Shown here in pieces: positions 26,843 to 29,057 of a DNA stretch of 29,057 bases (the first letter of the stretch is position 1; each line of letters starts with the position of its first letter). The position numbers were made by a program, and so were the translations under genes. The notes under the pieces are model-generated. The model was not told the origin of the DNA, searched no databases, and saw only the letters and a list, made by a program, of their open reading frames with translations. Origin of the DNA: a virus. Its lineage: Duplodnaviria; Caudoviricetes. Where the stretch lies: positions 1 to 29,057 of the IMG/VR virus record IMGVR_UViG_3300020042_002006; one strand, 5' to 3'.

Positions 26843-27004
26843 CTACTTCTTCTTAGTTCTCTTGACTGCAGCGTTATCTACTAGATTGGGGTATGGTCGC
26901 CCTGCTGCTTTGGCTCTTGCCTTTGCTTTCTTCTTTTGCTCTGGCGTTAATGCTTTTGACTTCTTGTTAGGATTTGGTTTATCCCAAAACGCTGTCTTCT
27001 TCAT
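26843..27004 (-). CDS. Small basic protein (53 aa, not in the ORF track)
   Basis: MKKTAFWDKPNP...AGRPYPNLVDNAAVKRTKKK*; ATGA coupling. Confidence 0.75.
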   Translation of the reverse strand: MKKTAFWDKPNPNKKSKALTPEQKKKAKARAKAAGRPYPNLVDNAAVKRTKKK

Positions 27005-27279
27005 TTGCAACTACAATCCCAAGCACGAAGTGACTTGTTTATTCTTGAGTTCGGATCTCTAGCAGTCTTACTAGAAGTGTTCTTTGCCTTCATCCCACAC
27101 ATACGACCACAGAAAGACTTGCGCCGTCCTGCAGACTTAGGAGACTTAGCTGCCTCAGCTTTTTTAACTGGAGGCTTGAGGTTCATCCCCTGCGCTTTGG
27201 CAGAGGCACGACCCTTTGCGTTGAGGCCACCCTTTGGGTTCTTGCCCTCTGCTCTTTGCCACGCTGGAGATTTAGCCAA
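27001..27279 (-). CDS. Small basic protein (DUF6321-like)
   Basis: WQRAEGKNPKGGLNAKGRAS...RRKSFCGRM...SLRAWDC. Confidence 0.7.
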   Translation of the reverse strand: MAKSPAWQRAEGKNPKGGLNAKGRASAKAQGMNLKPPVKKAEAAKSPKSAGRRKSFCGRMCGMKAKNTSSKTARDPNSRINKSLRAWDCSCK

Positions 27280-27453
27280 TTACTTCTTCTTGCCCATCTT
27301 CTTGTTAGACATCTTTGCTGAAGCTAGAGCAATAGCAACTGCTTGCTTCTTGTTCTTTACTACTGGTCCTCTACTAGAACCTGAGTTAAGAGTTCCTGCC
27401 TTAAATTCTTTCATTACCTTGGCGACTTTAGCCTTCTGTGCTGCCTTCTTCAT
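27280..27453 (-). CDS. Small basic protein (DUF6496-like, 57 aa, not in the ORF track)
   Basis: KVAKVMKEFKAGTLNSG...VKNKKQAVAIAL; TAATG coupling. Confidence 0.75.
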   Translation of the reverse strand: MKKAAQKAKVAKVMKEFKAGTLNSGSSRGPVVKNKKQAVAIALASAKMSNKKMGKKK

Positions 27454-27605
27454 TACTTAGCAGCCTTACCTAGAGCACCAGTTTGGATTGATTCATAAGA
27501 TGAATACTTTGATGCGTTTGGATATTGCTTATCCATTGATGGGTAAGGCATTAGATCTTCTTCTAAGCCCATATCATCCATCTTGCCGTTTTCTGAGTTA
27601 TACAT
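27453..27605 (-). CDS. Small hypothetical protein (50 aa, not in the ORF track)
   Basis: MYNSENGKMDD...GKAAK*; TGATG and TAATG coupling. Confidence 0.65.
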   Translation of the reverse strand: MYNSENGKMDDMGLEEDLMPYPSMDKQYPNASKYSSYESIQTGALGKAAK

Positions 27606-27727
27606 CACTTCTTCTTTCCCATCTTCTTAATGGCTGCCTTCTTCATCATCTTCTTCTTCATTTCTTTCTTTGCATCCATCTTACCTTTTGCTGTGTATGG
27701 AAACTTCTTTCCGTCTACGTTTGGCAT
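27605..27727 (-). CDS. Lys-rich microprotein (40 aa, not in the ORF track)
   Basis: AAGGAG RBS; MPNVDGKKFPYTAKGK...KKMGKKK, 16 Lys. Confidence 0.75.
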   Translation of the reverse strand: MPNVDGKKFPYTAKGKMDAKKEMKKKMMKKAAIKKMGKKK

Positions 27728-27736
27728 TGTTTCTCC

Positions 27737-28009
27737 TTAGTTTTTGAAGGTCATTGAGATCCCATCGAAAGCCTTACCAGCCTCGTTGGAAAGTTGGACT
27801 GCTGCATCTATATCTTTGCTCTTTGTTGAACGTGGTTCTATACCCTGTCGTGTTGCATCATAATAAGATTGTAGTTCCTTATCGTGTTGCTTAGCAGTAG
27901 GTATTCCTCTGTGGTTTGCCACGCCTACGCTCAACTCTAGTTCGCCTATCTTGCAGCCAAAGCATCCTTCGACATACTCAAGGTGGGTCTGCCTTCTATG
28001 TAAACTCAT
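27737..28009 (-). CDS. Hypothetical protein
   Basis: H.EYVEGCFGCK...Y..A..QGIEP. Confidence 0.7.
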   Translation of the reverse strand: MSLHRRQTHLEYVEGCFGCKIGELELSVGVANHRGIPTAKQHDKELQSYYDATRQGIEPRSTKSKDIDAAVQLSNEAGKAFDGISMTFKN

Positions 28010-28323
28010 ACTACAGGTGTCACATAATCGCCGTAGCCAGCATTGATAAGTACCTGTGCTTGCTCATCGCTAATAGTATATTCGTGACCACCAAGGAAGT
28101 AATAACTAGCTGCTGCTAATTCATCTTGGCTTGGTGTCAATGTTAGTGTGACATTAGTTCCATTAACAATGATTGTCTGGCCTCGTGCTACATCTGTAAG
28201 ACTTGGAGCAATAGGTCCATCAATAGTTCCACCGATAAAGCGACGACCTGCAAGGCGTGCATACGGAGTGAACTCTGTATAGCCTGCGCCCCAAGTTTGC
28301 CACTGGTACGGAGTTGTTAATGT
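28006..28323 (-). CDS. Hypothetical virion protein (body of ORF; start near 28332)
   Basis: AAAGG RBS after the capsid hairpin; YFLGGHEY.I......L..AGYG. Confidence 0.55.
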   Translation of the reverse strand, partial: TLTTPYQWQTWGAGYTEFTPYARLAGRRFIGGTIDGPIAPSLTDVARGQTIIVNGTNVTLTLTPSQDELAAASYYFLGGHEYTISDEQAQVLINAGYGDYVTPVV

Positions 28324-28350
28324 GTATGCCATATCCAACCTTTCTTAAGT

Positions 28351-28380
28351 GACAGGGATGGGTTTGACCCCACCCCTGCC
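28351..28380 (-). terminator. Hairpin after the capsid gene (weak terminator/stabiliser)
   Basis: GGCAGGGGUGGG-GUCAAA-CCCAUCCCUGUC, 12 bp with G-U pairs; poor U-tract. Confidence 0.6.
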
Positions 28381-28395
28381 GTTGCACTAGCGGAA

Positions 28396-29057
28396 TTATC
28401 CGTTTGTTGCTGCAGACTCAATGCGATAGAGCGCAGCTTCACGAAGGCGTGCAAAGCCTCCGAAGTAGTACCAACCGATTGTGCGGAAACGACGTAGCGC
28501 ATCAATCTCTGGACCGATAACGGTTGAGATATCTGCAGCCTGTGCTTCAGCCAATGCTTCACGACCAGCGACGATTGCGCGGTAGTTGTTGGTGAATGTT
28601 ACAGTACCTGTGTCAGCAACTGATGTGATGTTAGATGCTGTCAATGCGTATGTAAATGTTGTTGATGCTACACCTGTGATGGTGAATGTGCCGTTAACTG
28701 CTGTGTTTGTAGTAGCAGCAACTGTTACAACCTGACCTACGCCAAGACCGTGAGCAACTGCTGTAGTAATAGTTACTACGTTAGATGTCAAAGCAACGTT
28801 GGTGATAGTAGTGCTTGTAGCAATACCTGAAGCCAACTTTAGACCGTTAAGAACACGTGGTGTCTCAACGATGAATGCGCCTTCGATAACGCCTACTGCG
28901 CCAGCAACGAACGGTGTACGCTCAACGTACTTTGTTAGCTCCTGGAATCCACCTGTACCAGTTTCAGCACGAAGATCGGCTGACTGACGTGGGTGTAGGT
29001 ATGCAGCATATAGTTCACCCATACGAGGCAATGCCTTGTTTGTGCGTAGTGATACAA
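28396..29057 (-). CDS. Major capsid protein (N4-gp56-like), 5'-partial, with an inserted beta module
   Basis: Y.AYLHP....DLR.ETG...G.IEGA..VETPR...D.L.RFR.IGWY.FGG. Confidence 0.8.
   Translation of the reverse strand, partial: VSLRTNKALPRMGELYAAYLHPRQSADLRAETGTGGFQELTKYVERTPFVAGAVGVIEGAFIVETPRVLNGLKLASGIATSTTITNVALTSNVVTITTAVAHGLGVGQVVTVAATTNTAVNGTFTITGVASTTFTYALTASNITSVADTGTVTFTNNYRAIVAGREALAEAQAADISTVIGPEIDALRRFRTIGWYYFGGFARLREAALYRIESAATNG

Overview
Tailed-phage DNA, most consistent with small podovirus-like actinophages (WhiB gene, leaderless TANNNT promoters; a freshwater acI-type host is inferred). The window looks like two related phage segments joined head-on at about 15,913. Segment A (1-15,913) runs as follows: end of the tail module, lysis cassette, a divergent promoter pair, a rightward replication/DNA-modification operon (Ntn protease, Cas4-like exonuclease, WhiB, helicase, resolvase, split primase, DUF1599, Dam, sigma-like protein, FmdB), a bidirectional terminator, and a leftward early operon. 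Segment B (15,914-29,057, minus strand) is a second, homologous structural module running from the major capsid protein to a truncated copy of the same large tail protein. The most notable items are: a complete type II hammerhead ribozyme between two early genes (14,930-14,979, minus); a C5 DNA methyltransferase apparently encoded as three polypeptides, one nested in an alternative frame with its own RBS and resembling the M.EcoHK31I beta subunit; mirror-image leaderless promoters carrying WhiA-type GACAC boxes upstream of a phage WhiB; a G9 tract in Dam; and one ~70-aa beta module inserted in both the capsid protein and one tail protein. All protein family calls come from motif recognition, not database searches.
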